From: a virus
Lineage: Duplodnaviria > Heunggongvirae > Uroviricota > Caudoviricetes
Direction: 5' to 3' (one strand)
Length of the DNA: 64,000 nt
Virus record (IMG/VR): IMGVR_UViG_3300034104_004745
Coordinates: 64,001-128,000 of that record
In this document: positions 18,534-28,298 of the stretch, one piece after another
Layout: every line of letters starts with the position of its first letter
How positions within the stretch are numbered: position 1 is the stretch's first letter
Position numbers and translations under genes: made by a program
Notes under the pieces: model-generated
The model's database searches: none
What the model was told of the DNA's origin: nothing
Seen by the model: the letters and a program-made list of their open reading frames with translations, nothing else

Positions 18534-20101
18534 TATTTATTTTTTATAAAGTTTAACATTTCATCTTGTTGGTCAGGTTCAACAAAGTCTTGTGCTCCCG
18601 GGTTTGCCCATTGAGGGTCCAAAACCCACCCTTCTTTCTTAGCTGTTTCCATAACTTCATCAACATACCTATTTGATTTTGCATCATCACCATCAATAAC
18701 ACTTTTTAATGGTTCTAATTTGGTTTCAGGTATTGAATCCCACCATTCTTTTAACTCTGGAAATGTCTCAACAAAGTTTTTGTTTCTTCTTATATCATAT
18801 TGAGTGTAAAAAGATTTCCAATCTCTTTCTCTAGTCTCAATTGAAGATGTAAAACTATGCCCCGTTTCTACTTGTCTAATATAGGCCACCATTCTTAACA
18901 TACCATCTCTTTCCCAATCTTGGAAAAAATTAGCACCGCCGTCGTAGTTTTTATTTATCCAAGCTTCAATGTGATCTGCTCTTTCTTCCCTAATATGTTT
19001 TGGTAATGTAACAATAGACATAAAAGATGGAAAACGAAGAATATTGAAAGAACAATGTGGGGATGGTGTTTTATATTTTCTTTTTAGTCTTAAGATTTCA
19101 TCCATAAAATCTGTAATTTTAAATAAACAAAGAGCATTAATTGTCATCATACAATTTATAGATTTAACATTACCTTCACTTAACATTCTTTCAACGTTTC
19201 TTAACCATTTTTCCCATACAAGGCCGTCACGAATGTATTCAGCTTGAGCTCCAACAGTTTCACAACTGGTATAAAGATGAAAACTTTTAATATTATGGCT
19301 AGCTTTTATTAACTCTTCAAATAACTCATCTTTTTGACCTAAATTAGAATTAACAGCGAAATCAACATTACAGTCTTTATGATTTTCCCACCATTTCATC
19401 AATTTCCAAAAATCTTGTGACATGGTTGGTTCACCACCAGTTACTCTTAGTTCTCTTAAACTAAACTGCAATTCACCTTCCCACCATTTCCAAAAAGCCT
19501 CAACATATGGATTATCTTTATTTTTCTTACCATATGGTAATGCATGCGCACCATCATGTTGAAATGCTGCTGCACCGTCACTAACTAAATTTTGATATGG
19601 GCCATTCTTTTTAATGTCATTTTGCCACGTTGTTGAAAACGATGCGTTACAATACGAACATGCAAAATTACAATTAGGGTCAAAAGCAATCTCTAATGTT
19701 TTTAGATCAACATCTTCTGTCCAACCAAATTTAGTTTTAGCCTCCAACAATTCCTTGTCAGTGTAAATTATAGATTTATAAACTCTATCAGATACTTTAT
19801 CAGGGCCAAGATCTTCAATTTTCCAACAATACTCACACTCTTTAGGTCTTTCACCCTCAAGCATTTGTTTTCTGATTAATTTTTTATATTGAGTATTATG
19901 GATAGCTTTATAGCTTTGTGCAACCTCTTCTAAAGGTATTTTATGTGCAGGTGGGTGATGACAACTAGCCGTTGTACCATTTCCTAACCATATGGTTGCA
20001 TTATACCATTTAGCACCGCAAAATGCTGGTGATATTGAATTAACTGCACGATTTCTATATTCAATATAGTTTTCGCCTTCTTTTTTTGAGAAAATACCCA
20101 T
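18533..20101 (-). CDS. N-terminal twitch radical SAM protein (C..KW/SCH subtype)
   Basis: FCGAKW...SCHHP, CEYC, CNFACSYC, TGGEP, NSN. Confidence 0.92.
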   Translation of the reverse strand: MGIFSKKEGENYIEYRNRAVNSISPAFCGAKWYNATIWLGNGTTASCHHPPAHKIPLEEVAQSYKAIHNTQYKKLIRKQMLEGERPKECEYCWKIEDLGPDKVSDRVYKSIIYTDKELLEAKTKFGWTEDVDLKTLEIAFDPNCNFACSYCNASFSTTWQNDIKKNGPYQNLVSDGAAAFQHDGAHALPYGKKNKDNPYVEAFWKWWEGELQFSLRELRVTGGEPTMSQDFWKLMKWWENHKDCNVDFAVNSNLGQKDELFEELIKASHNIKSFHLYTSCETVGAQAEYIRDGLVWEKWLRNVERMLSEGNVKSINCMMTINALCLFKITDFMDEILRLKRKYKTPSPHCSFNILRFPSFMSIVTLPKHIREERADHIEAWINKNYDGGANFFQDWERDGMLRMVAYIRQVETGHSFTSSIETRERDWKSFYTQYDIRRNKNFVETFPELKEWWDSIPETKLEPLKSVIDGDDAKSNRYVDEVMETAKKEGWVLDPQWANPGAQDFVEPDQQDEMLNFIKNK

Positions 20102-20104
20102 ATT

Positions 20105-20686
20105 TTAAATTTTATGTATAAAGTTACAGTTTCCTGTTAGATCAAAGCTTTTATTGTGAATGTACTTTTCAAAAGTATGTTCAGCTATTATTTCATTGTC
20201 TTTCTCAATTAAGAGATATTCTAATATAAATGAAAAATAGTTTAAATTAAAGCCGTTTTGTGGGAAATTACCTGAGCCAAATATTATGTGAGATTCATTA
20301 TTTCTCGCTAATTTCTCAATGATTTCATGACTTATTAGTACCTCATCATTTATTGATAAAGTAATATTATTATCGATCTTATTTATTTCTAAAACAGTTA
20401 TTTTATTGGGTTCTAGAGAAAAATTAGCTTGTAGATACTTTGAATCTTTAGTGTTATCAGTTAATATCAATGTAACATAATTTTGATCAAAATCAACACC
20501 AAAATATGATGGTAATTTAGAAAATAATGTAGATCTTTTTTCTATCTTTTCCTCAGTTTTAAAGATCATTTTAAATTTAAAATTACCATCGTAATCAAAG
20601 ATTTTATTAGCGGGAAAATCAATAAAATTCGCGACTAAAATATCGGGCCACATTAGCCAAGGTTCACCTTTATTTATTTTTAACAT
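20105..20686 (-). CDS. Hypothetical protein, possible LamG/concanavalin-like beta-sandwich (start probably M31 at 20686)
   Basis: Beta-rich pattern ITLSINDEV...IIFGSG..P....F resembling the LamG inserts of the neighbouring GT7 genes. Confidence 0.5.
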   Translation of the reverse strand: MLKINKGEPWLMWPDILVANFIDFPANKIFDYDGNFKFKMIFKTEEKIEKRSTLFSKLPSYFGVDFDQNYVTLILTDNTKDSKYLQANFSLEPNKITVLEINKIDNNITLSINDEVLISHEIIEKLARNNESHIIFGSGNFPQNGFNLNYFSFILEYLLIEKDNEIIAEHTFEKYIHNKSFDLTGNCNFIHKI

Positions 20687-22052
20687 AATTGTATAATTTT
20701 TCAAATTCTGGAAAGGTTTCCAAAAAATTAGTTCCTCTTCTTCTATCATGTTCGTCAACAAATAAAATAAAATCATTTCTATTTAAGTCTACATTGAAAT
20801 CATCTTCACTTATTGAATAATCATATAGTCTCTTTATTTTTTGTACTTCGACGTCTGAAAATCCATAATTGTCATGATTAAAACTAGGTGATGCATGATA
20901 AAACACCTTTTTAGCCATATCTAAAATTAAATCTTTATGATCTTTTTCTAGAATTTTAACAGACATGTGGGAAGGCCACCTTAAATAGGTGGTATCTAAC
21001 TGCACAGCAGATATCCAATATCTTTGTCCGTTATGATATTTCTTTTTTAGTTCGAAAACTTTATCTATAAGTTTTGAATAACCAAAAACAGACATTGCAT
21101 TAAATGTTGCCATTATATTTATTGTTACTTTAGGTAATTCACTCAAAATATATTCAACATTTTCTAAAAATAGATCAAAATTTAAACCATTTCTAATATA
21201 TTCGGCTTGACTACCCCATGACTCACAGGAAGTAAAAATAATAAATTCATTTACCTTTTTTTCATTTATTATTATTTTTGCTTTCTCAACAAATTTCTCA
21301 ATTAAACTTTTAGGTGAACCTAAATTAGTGTTAATGGAGAAATTAAGTTGTCTATTTGGGTTTTCATTTGTACATAAAAAATCTAAAACTTCCCAAGTAT
21401 CTTTAGATAATAATGGTTCACCACCAGTAATTCTGAATGTATGTAAGTCTCTATATAATTCTGGCCACCAATTCCAAAAAGAATCTACATAAGGATTTTG
21501 TTCGGAATGTTTATATGGCATTTGACCAGATTTTCTTAAATGCTCAATTTCATTGAACTTAAATGAAGTTGGATAAGCACCATAACGTTCGATCTCCTCC
21601 ACCCATTTGGACGAAAATGACGGGCCACAATATGAACATTTGAAGTTACATGTATTTGAGAAACTTACTTCAACATATTTTGGATTATAATTTGCTCTCC
21701 AGTCTGCTGTTTTAATTTCATTTAAAAATGGTTTAGACCACGGTTCACTACTTTTAAAAATTCTATCTGAATGTGAATTTGAATTCTCTTCAATTTTCCA
21801 ACAATAGTTACATTCACCTGGTTTTATACCAGATAACATTTCTTTTCTAACCTCCTTTTTGTACCTAGTATTATGTAAAGCTGTTGGATTGTTTTTTATT
21901 TCACTTAAAGGTATTTTATGTGGTGTTGGATGATGACAAGAATGTGTCATACCATTATGTAAATGCATTGTTACTTGCGTCCATTTTGCAAGACAAAACC
22001 CACAACCAACACTGTCTAATTTTTCTTTTATATCGTCGTGATCTCTTTTCAT
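20670..22052 (-). CDS. N-terminal twitch radical SAM protein (C..KW/SCH subtype)
   Basis: FCLAKW...SCHHP, CNYC, CNFKCSYC, TGGEP, NTN. Confidence 0.92.
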   Translation of the reverse strand: MKRDHDDIKEKLDSVGCGFCLAKWTQVTMHLHNGMTHSCHHPTPHKIPLSEIKNNPTALHNTRYKKEVRKEMLSGIKPGECNYCWKIEENSNSHSDRIFKSSEPWSKPFLNEIKTADWRANYNPKYVEVSFSNTCNFKCSYCGPSFSSKWVEEIERYGAYPTSFKFNEIEHLRKSGQMPYKHSEQNPYVDSFWNWWPELYRDLHTFRITGGEPLLSKDTWEVLDFLCTNENPNRQLNFSINTNLGSPKSLIEKFVEKAKIIINEKKVNEFIIFTSCESWGSQAEYIRNGLNFDLFLENVEYILSELPKVTINIMATFNAMSVFGYSKLIDKVFELKKKYHNGQRYWISAVQLDTTYLRWPSHMSVKILEKDHKDLILDMAKKVFYHASPSFNHDNYGFSDVEVQKIKRLYDYSISEDDFNVDLNRNDFILFVDEHDRRRGTNFLETFPEFEKLYNYVKNK

Positions 22053-23443
22053 TTCATTTTTACATTTATGAATTTTGTATTTTCATATTGATTACTATCA
22101 ATATTAATAATATCTAATGTGTTCAATACTTGCTTCAAACCATCATTTTTATAATCAATTTTTTTCTGCTGCATTTCAGTAACAAATCTTTTTTCATTCC
22201 TAGCGGTTGTTTCACCTTTAGCCCATGTGCCATTAACAAATCCTTCATCTATATGTGGTAAACAATAAAATTTACTCTCTCTTCTATATGGTACAACATT
22301 TTCAATAATTTCAATATCCTCATTTGTAAATGTGACATTTTGATTAACAAAATCTTGAGAATTGAAGTCACAATCTAATACCAAATTTTCTTTATTATCG
22401 GCTAAGTCAGATATGTTTGAAAAATACTTGTTATATATTTTCACATCACATATTTTCCCTTTGTAATAGACATTAGAATGGTTGCAGAACCCAAGTAAAA
22501 ATGGCTTAACGGAATCGTGAGCTTTTAAATCATTTTTAACAGGAAATGGGATATTTTGTTTCACACCATTCATTTGACTAATCAATTCGTCATTTACATA
22601 AAAGTATGCATTTTTTTCTTCATTATCAAAACTAAAAACTATTTGTGTCCACATACCCTCAAATCTCTTAGCCCAGTTATAATGATGCATCCCATTTCTA
22701 TCAAACAATTGCATAGTAACTGCTCTAGAATTATTAAAAGAAACCCCCCAGGTCCAGCTTCCGTCTTTTCTAATTAATGGATACTCAATGAATTTCTTTT
22801 CAACATCACCCACAAGCCAAATTGGGACTTTATGGTCTTGTTGTTCCGCATTGAATGTGATGGTTATTGTATGGTCGCCGTGTAAACAAGAACTTATTTC
22901 TCTGTTCGTTGATATTGCTAGATAAGAATTATCACCATTAAAATTAGCAACCAATTTATCAGCTACTTTTTTAATTATTCGACCAGTTGTTAGAGACTCA
23001 AAATAACATCTCCAAAATAGATCATCATCTTCCTGTCCCCAATCCCAATAATCATTTGAATATCCGTTTGTTAGATATGCTTGTTCTTTATTAAACAACA
23101 CAACACCACCGAAGTACTGATCATAACCTAAATTATAACCGTACTTTGATAATTTAGTTGCGATATGTATCGGTGTTTCTTCCGGATAAGAATAGTCCGC
23201 TTCTTGATCTGGTAGCATATCAACATCGTGCCAGGCTATGTAATCACAACCATCTTCAAATGCAATATGTGCTGCAATATTTTTCATTGCACCGCGGTTA
23301 AATAATTTATCATCAATTTGATGTCCAACATAAAAGGAATGTTCGATACCTCTTTCATTTAAATGTTTGGTTAAATGTGGTATCAATCTATCGATATGTT
23401 CTTTTCTGTTTCTATATGGTATACAAATTCCTAATTTATGCAT
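22049..23443 (-). CDS. GT7 (beta-1,4-galactosyltransferase-like) glycosyltransferase with inserted LamG domain
   Basis: IPYRNR, FNRG..KN, HDVD, YFGGV, NGYSN.YW.WGQEDDD; then FNG..SYL...W..IV...FYVN...F.LG...YYKGKI.DV.IY; then LPH...DGL. Confidence 0.85.
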   Translation of the reverse strand: MHKLGICIPYRNRKEHIDRLIPHLTKHLNERGIEHSFYVGHQIDDKLFNRGAMKNIAAHIAFEDGCDYIAWHDVDMLPDQEADYSYPEETPIHIATKLSKYGYNLGYDQYFGGVVLFNKEQAYLTNGYSNDYWDWGQEDDDLFWRCYFESLTTGRIIKKVADKLVANFNGDNSYLAISTNREISSCLHGDHTITITFNAEQQDHKVPIWLVGDVEKKFIEYPLIRKDGSWTWGVSFNNSRAVTMQLFDRNGMHHYNWAKRFEGMWTQIVFSFDNEEKNAYFYVNDELISQMNGVKQNIPFPVKNDLKAHDSVKPFLLGFCNHSNVYYKGKICDVKIYNKYFSNISDLADNKENLVLDCDFNSQDFVNQNVTFTNEDIEIIENVVPYRRESKFYCLPHIDEGFVNGTWAKGETTARNEKRFVTEMQQKKIDYKNDGLKQVLNTLDIINIDSNQYENTKFINVKMK

Positions 23444-24870
23444 TATATTCCAACATTAACGTGTAAAATTTTATTATTGTATATTTCACCATATTCAATG
23501 AAATTTAAATCAGACAAACCATCTGTTTTCATTAATTGGATATTTTGTGAAACCTCATTATGAAACCTTAGTTGATTCCATCTCGTCGCCTGATCTTTCC
23601 AACGATTACCTAAAAATCCATTTTCTTCATGTTTTAAAGATTTAAATAATGATATTCTTCTGTATGGTATTTTAACTTTTACACTATAATCATATTTTTG
23701 ATTTATTATTTCGCAATTTACAATCTCCCCATCATTTCCATTATTTGTTAAATCTTTCAATTTATAATTTTCAATATGATCCGCATCATAGTATATTTTA
23801 AGTGAATCTTTTGACTTATATTCACCGAATGATTCATTTAAATAATGTTTCGTGTTGTGTGATATTTCTTTAATTTCATCATCAGTAAGAATGTCGTCAT
23901 AATAAGCGAAAGAATCTATTTTTCCATTAAAAAAATTAGGTATATTTTCTCTACCCGGATTACCAGCACCTAAATAAAAATTTGGTTCTTTTCTATAAAA
24001 ATATAATTTTTTAAATTGTTCAGTTTGGCCTAGAAATTCACCATCTTGGTATACTTTAATAACATTATTTTCTTTATCTAAAACAACTACCATATTTGTT
24101 TTATAGTTTGTTTTAATTTTAGAATTAATAAAATATGGTTTGTACAAATTATCAAAAGCGCAAAAATTATATCTCATAAATGAATTATAACAAATTGCAA
24201 AATCCCATCCTGGTATACTAAACACGGTGAACTCATCAGATTCTTTTTTATGGTTTAAAATATTCTTTTCCGGGTAAAAAGAAACAAAAAAAGTGGCATT
24301 ATTATTTAAATCTATTGTATTATCACAGTTAACGTAAGCATTAACACCATTGAAACTTAATGCGTTACCGACCCTACCAAAGTTTTTAAATTCAAGTGTG
24401 TCTAAGTCTAAACCATTAACTCTACATCTTAACAAAAGCTCGGTATCTTCATAACCCCATCCCCAATACTTGTTTGAATATCCATTAATTTTTTCAAAGT
24501 CTTCTATTGTGAACATTGTAACCCCACCAAAATATTCATCAAATATCTCTCTAGTTTTCTCACCTTTTTCCAATACAAAATTGGTTGCTAAATGTAATGG
24601 TTTTTTTGAATATGAATAATCAACATTTATTGGTAACATGTCAACATCATGAAAAACAATATAGTCACAGCCCAATTTTTTTGCATAGGTATACCCAATG
24701 TTTAATAACATTCCTCTATTGAACTGTTTAGCATTATCCTGATTGACTATAATAACATCATAATCAATTTCCCTATCTTTAAAATATTGAGTTATGTGAT
24801 TTGAAAATTTTTTTAAATCAGTTTCTCTATTTCTATAAGGAACAATAATACCTAGCTTATGCTTATCCAT
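23443..24870 (-). CDS. GT7 glycosyltransferase with inserted LamG domain (start probably M32 at 24870)
   Basis: VPYRNR, FNRGMLLN, HDVD, YFGGV, WGWGYEDTE, LamG-like insert (VYQDG...FYLGAG...FNGKID), LKH...DGL. Confidence 0.85.
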   Translation of the reverse strand: MDKHKLGIIVPYRNRETDLKKFSNHITQYFKDREIDYDVIIVNQDNAKQFNRGMLLNIGYTYAKKLGCDYIVFHDVDMLPINVDYSYSKKPLHLATNFVLEKGEKTREIFDEYFGGVTMFTIEDFEKINGYSNKYWGWGYEDTELLLRCRVNGLDLDTLEFKNFGRVGNALSFNGVNAYVNCDNTIDLNNNATFFVSFYPEKNILNHKKESDEFTVFSIPGWDFAICYNSFMRYNFCAFDNLYKPYFINSKIKTNYKTNMVVVLDKENNVIKVYQDGEFLGQTEQFKKLYFYRKEPNFYLGAGNPGRENIPNFFNGKIDSFAYYDDILTDDEIKEISHNTKHYLNESFGEYKSKDSLKIYYDADHIENYKLKDLTNNGNDGEIVNCEIINQKYDYSVKVKIPYRRISLFKSLKHEENGFLGNRWKDQATRWNQLRFHNEVSQNIQLMKTDGLSDLNFIEYGEIYNNKILHVNVGI

Positions 24871-25069
24871 TAATTGTTGGGTCTTTTGGTTTAACGGTAT
24901 TATGCCATTCTGATAAATAATATTGGATTCTATCGCTCCACTCCTGTTTATCAATTTCTTCAAACCAAATGGTTAACGCATCTAATGAATTTGCGATTTT
25001 TTCTAACGCTTTTACTTTTCTTTCTTCTAGTTTTTGAAGTTGTTCTTCTTTTTCTACTTTTGTGCTCAT
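24863..25069 (-). CDS. Hypothetical protein
   Basis: 68-aa ORF tightly coupled to both neighbours. Confidence 0.65.
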   Translation of the reverse strand: MSTKVEKEEQLQKLEERKVKALEKIANSLDALTIWFEEIDKQEWSDRIQYYLSEWHNTVKPKDPTING

Positions 25070-25917
25070 ATTGACATTATTTTTTTTATTAGTTTATCCC
25101 ATTGCCTATATCTTCTGTATTCTGCTTGACCATCACTGGATTCAAACATAAACTCTGGGTCGTTTAAATCAATTTTAAATTTTGTTTTAAAAAGTTCTTT
25201 ATACATTGTTCTATATTCATCAGAATATGCATATTCCTTACTTACTGATGCAACAGATTTTATTCTGTCTATAGATGTTTTATCCCATTTGAAATGATGA
25301 ACTTGAACAAATCTATGTGGGTGAATTAATGGGTGATTCCATCCTTGCCATCTCCACGTTGTTTGTCCATTTATTTTAGCATAATGCTGTCCTGCAGTTA
25401 TTTCAACATAACCTTTCATAACACAAACCTTATTAGGACAGGCTTTACTCATTGGATATCTAAAAAATCCCATATTGGGGAATTGTTTAAAAATATTAAC
25501 GTCGTCCTTTAGCTCTGAAAATTCACCATCTAGACCTATTCTGTCAATAAACCCACCCCTAACTAAATCCCAACCATATTCTTCACATGTTTTGATAATG
25601 TTGGCTAAACTATCATCTGGATATAAATGAAATTCATCAATATCGGCTATAACCCACCAATCATTTGGTTTTTTCGATTTAACCATATTGTATAGTGCAG
25701 TTACCTTTTCCCAATCAAAAGCACGATCTTCAATAGTTTTAACGATTTTTACATTTTTGTATTCTTTAACCAATTCTTTAACATCACTGATTAATGTAGG
25801 ATGTACAACAGATTGATAAACAATTAGTTGTATCTCGTCAACATACTTTGAATAATGTTCTACAAAATGTGGGATAAGGTTTGTTCCGTGACCTATAACT
25901 GATAAAGCTCTAATCAT
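25066..25917 (-). CDS. GT2-like glycosyltransferase
   Basis: IPHFVEHYSKYVD, WWVIADIDEF (DxD), NK, GQH, HHFKW. Confidence 0.7.
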   Translation of the reverse strand: MIRALSVIGHGTNLIPHFVEHYSKYVDEIQLIVYQSVVHPTLISDVKELVKEYKNVKIVKTIEDRAFDWEKVTALYNMVKSKKPNDWWVIADIDEFHLYPDDSLANIIKTCEEYGWDLVRGGFIDRIGLDGEFSELKDDVNIFKQFPNMGFFRYPMSKACPNKVCVMKGYVEITAGQHYAKINGQTTWRWQGWNHPLIHPHRFVQVHHFKWDKTSIDRIKSVASVSKEYAYSDEYRTMYKELFKTKFKIDLNDPEFMFESSDGQAEYRRYRQWDKLIKKIMSI

Positions 25918-26642
25918 TTTTTTCGGTTAATAATGGTGACACCGCTCGATGACGGTTTATCCATTAATATACGAAAATTATGTAAATTAATCAAGTTCCA
26001 GTCTGGATTTTCTTCAAGTTCTTTAACAAACTTGGATGGGCCATCAAAAGAGTGATGGTCTTTTTTTGCGTCTTCAGAAACTAATAAGGTTTCTTCATAA
26101 TTTGAATCGGTGTCATGAATAATGATAACCCCGTTGTCAGATAGTATTTTTGAATATAGATCAAAATCGGTTTTAACCCCTTCATAAGAATGGTCTCCAT
26201 CGATCCAAAGTAAATCTATTTTAATATCTTGTCTAATAAAAAAGTCATGGTAGGCATCGACTGAAGTCGCCTTAATAAGTCGCGGGTAAAACGTGCTCCT
26301 GAAGAATGAGGACTCGTTTTCAAGGTCGTTAGGGCCACCAATACCATTACAAGCATCGACAAGATAAGTGCTGCCAATATCCCCCCAATTATAATCACTG
26401 TTTCCATCAAATATTTTTTGTTTATGTAAATCAACTCTTGCTTGTGTCATTATTCTGGGAATGAAACCACCGCCAGACCCAATACAAACACAATTTTTTG
26501 CTCTCATATGCTGTATAAGAGAATACACAATAATACCGTCTCCCATATGTAAATCTGTGGCGCCATGCGTCCAGCGATAAGGTACAGGTTCATCATTATT
26601 GTTAGTGATGTTCTTTCTAATATATTCATTATTCGTTATCAT
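25914..26642 (-). CDS. Class I SAM methyltransferase (Methyltransf_24-like; start probably M7 via ATGA overlap)
   Basis: CIGSGGG, IDLLWIDGDHSYEGVKTDF, GVIIIHD. Confidence 0.85.
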   Translation of the reverse strand: MITNNEYIRKNITNNNDEPVPYRWTHGATDLHMGDGIIVYSLIQHMRAKNCVCIGSGGGFIPRIMTQARVDLHKQKIFDGNSDYNWGDIGSTYLVDACNGIGGPNDLENESSFFRSTFYPRLIKATSVDAYHDFFIRQDIKIDLLWIDGDHSYEGVKTDFDLYSKILSDNGVIIIHDTDSNYEETLLVSEDAKKDHHSFDGPSKFVKELEENPDWNLINLHNFRILMDKPSSSGVTIINRKK

Positions 26643-27382
26643 TTCATCCATTCTGGCCAAAACTCGGGTCTTGTATATCTTCTACTAACACTCTCCATTT
26701 TGTCTTTCAATATGTTATAAAGATCCAAATCTCTCTCAATATTGATTTCACATAATTTTGATGCAAGCTGTATTGATATACCTTCACCTGCGCCGTTTAT
26801 TTCTTTATTCATGTGTAAATCACAAAATTCTTTTGCTAATTGTAATTTTTCATAATATTCATAAAAAGACGTCTGATTAAATCCCTTTTTGTTAATTATT
26901 AAAAAATATTCCCATATTGTAGCGAAATCGCCATAATTAGGGTATAATTTATTAGCATATAAATGATATGAATTCCATTCTTGGCTTTCTGGTACAATTA
27001 GTTCTTTAACCCAAGCTTTTTTAGCTTTATGATTTTCTAATGTATCAATATAACTAATTCCTTCCTTAAAATCAAATATTTTTAATTTATTTAAAAGTGA
27101 ATAGTCTTTAATGTGTGTATCGGCATCGAGTAGAATACAAATATCGTGTTGTTTTAAAACATATTTAGGTAAAATCATTTTATCAGCATATGATTTATAT
27201 GTTCTATTGTATTCAAATACGTGAATGTTTGGTGTTGTAAATCTTTTTGTAAAATATTCTGTGTCTTCTGTTAATATGTAACAATCAAAACCATGTTCAA
27301 GAATATTATTTATTTTATCTACACTTCCTTTATAGTAATATTCTTCACCAAAACAGAAAATACCAAAACCTATGTTATTCAT
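26639..27382 (-). CDS. Putative glycosyltransferase-like protein (DxD)
   Basis: SYADK...ILLDADT, GEG motif; located in the glycosylation cluster. Confidence 0.45.
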   Translation of the reverse strand: MNNIGFGIFCFGEEYYYKGSVDKINNILEHGFDCYILTEDTEYFTKRFTTPNIHVFEYNRTYKSYADKMILPKYVLKQHDICILLDADTHIKDYSLLNKLKIFDFKEGISYIDTLENHKAKKAWVKELIVPESQEWNSYHLYANKLYPNYGDFATIWEYFLIINKKGFNQTSFYEYYEKLQLAKEFCDLHMNKEINGAGEGISIQLASKLCEINIERDLDLYNILKDKMESVSRRYTRPEFWPEWMK

Positions 27383-27419
27383 AGGGAAAATATAAATAAA
27401 ATTGTTTGTAAAATAAAGT

Positions 27420-27785
27420 TTACACTTTAGGAAACTGCGTTTTAACTTCGTTTATACTTTGAAACCAAGATCCGTTTGTACTAATTGAACCACTAGTGTT
27501 TAATTCATGCCATAACATGTCCAATTGTTCAGTTATTTGTGGATAATTAGTCATTCTCAATGCAGTATATGGTGGGACATAACTTAAGTCCGGTTGACCT
27601 AAGTAATCAATATCTTGCTCAATCCACCCCTCTCCTGGTATTTCGTCTTTAAGAATTGTATGAATATCACCATTTGGTGCTTCATACCTTTTATATTTTT
27701 CAACCAATTCAGTCCAACCTGCAGGTATTTCTTGGCCATCTAATATTGGTTGAATTCTACCTTCGTTATCAATAAATTTTCTCAT
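27420..27785 (-). CDS. Tail-fibre-associated (assembly/chaperone-like) protein
   Basis: C-terminal Y..LR...YPQITEQLDMLWH...W...I.EVK..FPK, a motif typical of phage fibre-adjacent small proteins. Confidence 0.55.
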   Translation of the reverse strand: MRKFIDNEGRIQPILDGQEIPAGWTELVEKYKRYEAPNGDIHTILKDEIPGEGWIEQDIDYLGQPDLSYVPPYTALRMTNYPQITEQLDMLWHELNTSGSISTNGSWFQSINEVKTQFPKV

Positions 27786-27809
27786 TTTAATATTTTTTTA
27801 TTTTATTTA

Positions 27810-28295
27810 TTATTGTACAGGTCCACCATAATAGTTACCACCATCACTAGTTTGAACTGAAGCAATTATACTAACATTAGATTGGGTTACATCACTTCTA
27901 GTTGCGTATGCGTTTATTGTGAATCCATTATAATATTGACTTGCGGCATATGCTCTTAATACAATATAACCGTCAGAAGCAATATACACTCCGTGGGGTG
28001 TTAACCCATTATATTGACTTACTAACCCTATATTATATAAAAATCCATTGGTGTATGGCGCACCCGCAGTACTTATATGAAACCCCCAAGAACATCTTAC
28101 AGGAGCAGCTAACCCATAGTTATAACCAACAGCTTCAAACATCCACATATTATATGTTGTTGCACCAATTAAACTTGTTTTTAAATGAATATATAGTGGT
28201 GATCCCGAAGTAGTGTTAAAATTATAAATGTATTTTTGTTGAAAATACCAACTACTAATCGATGAGACTCTAAAAGGTGGGGTTAAATTTGCCAT
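27810..28295 (-). CDS. Fibre-associated paralog 3 (putative adhesin or tip domain)
   Basis: Shares YIHLKT...MFEAVGYNYG...RCSW.F...HGVY...DG with the two adjacent ORFs. Confidence 0.65.
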   Translation of the reverse strand: MANLTPPFRVSSISSWYFQQKYIYNFNTTSGSPLYIHLKTSLIGATTYNMWMFEAVGYNYGLAAPVRCSWGFHISTAGAPYTNGFLYNIGLVSQYNGLTPHGVYIASDGYIVLRAYAASQYYNGFTINAYATRSDVTQSNVSIIASVQTSDGGNYYGGPVQ

Positions 28296-28298
28296 AGT

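Noticed and set aside
491-27382. Bacterial chromosomal capsule/LPS or natural-product island
   Set aside because: No Wzx/Wzy/ABC exporter, nucleotide-sugar synthesis genes, regulator or integrase; flanked by and co-oriented with phage fibre genes and sharing their upstream motif.
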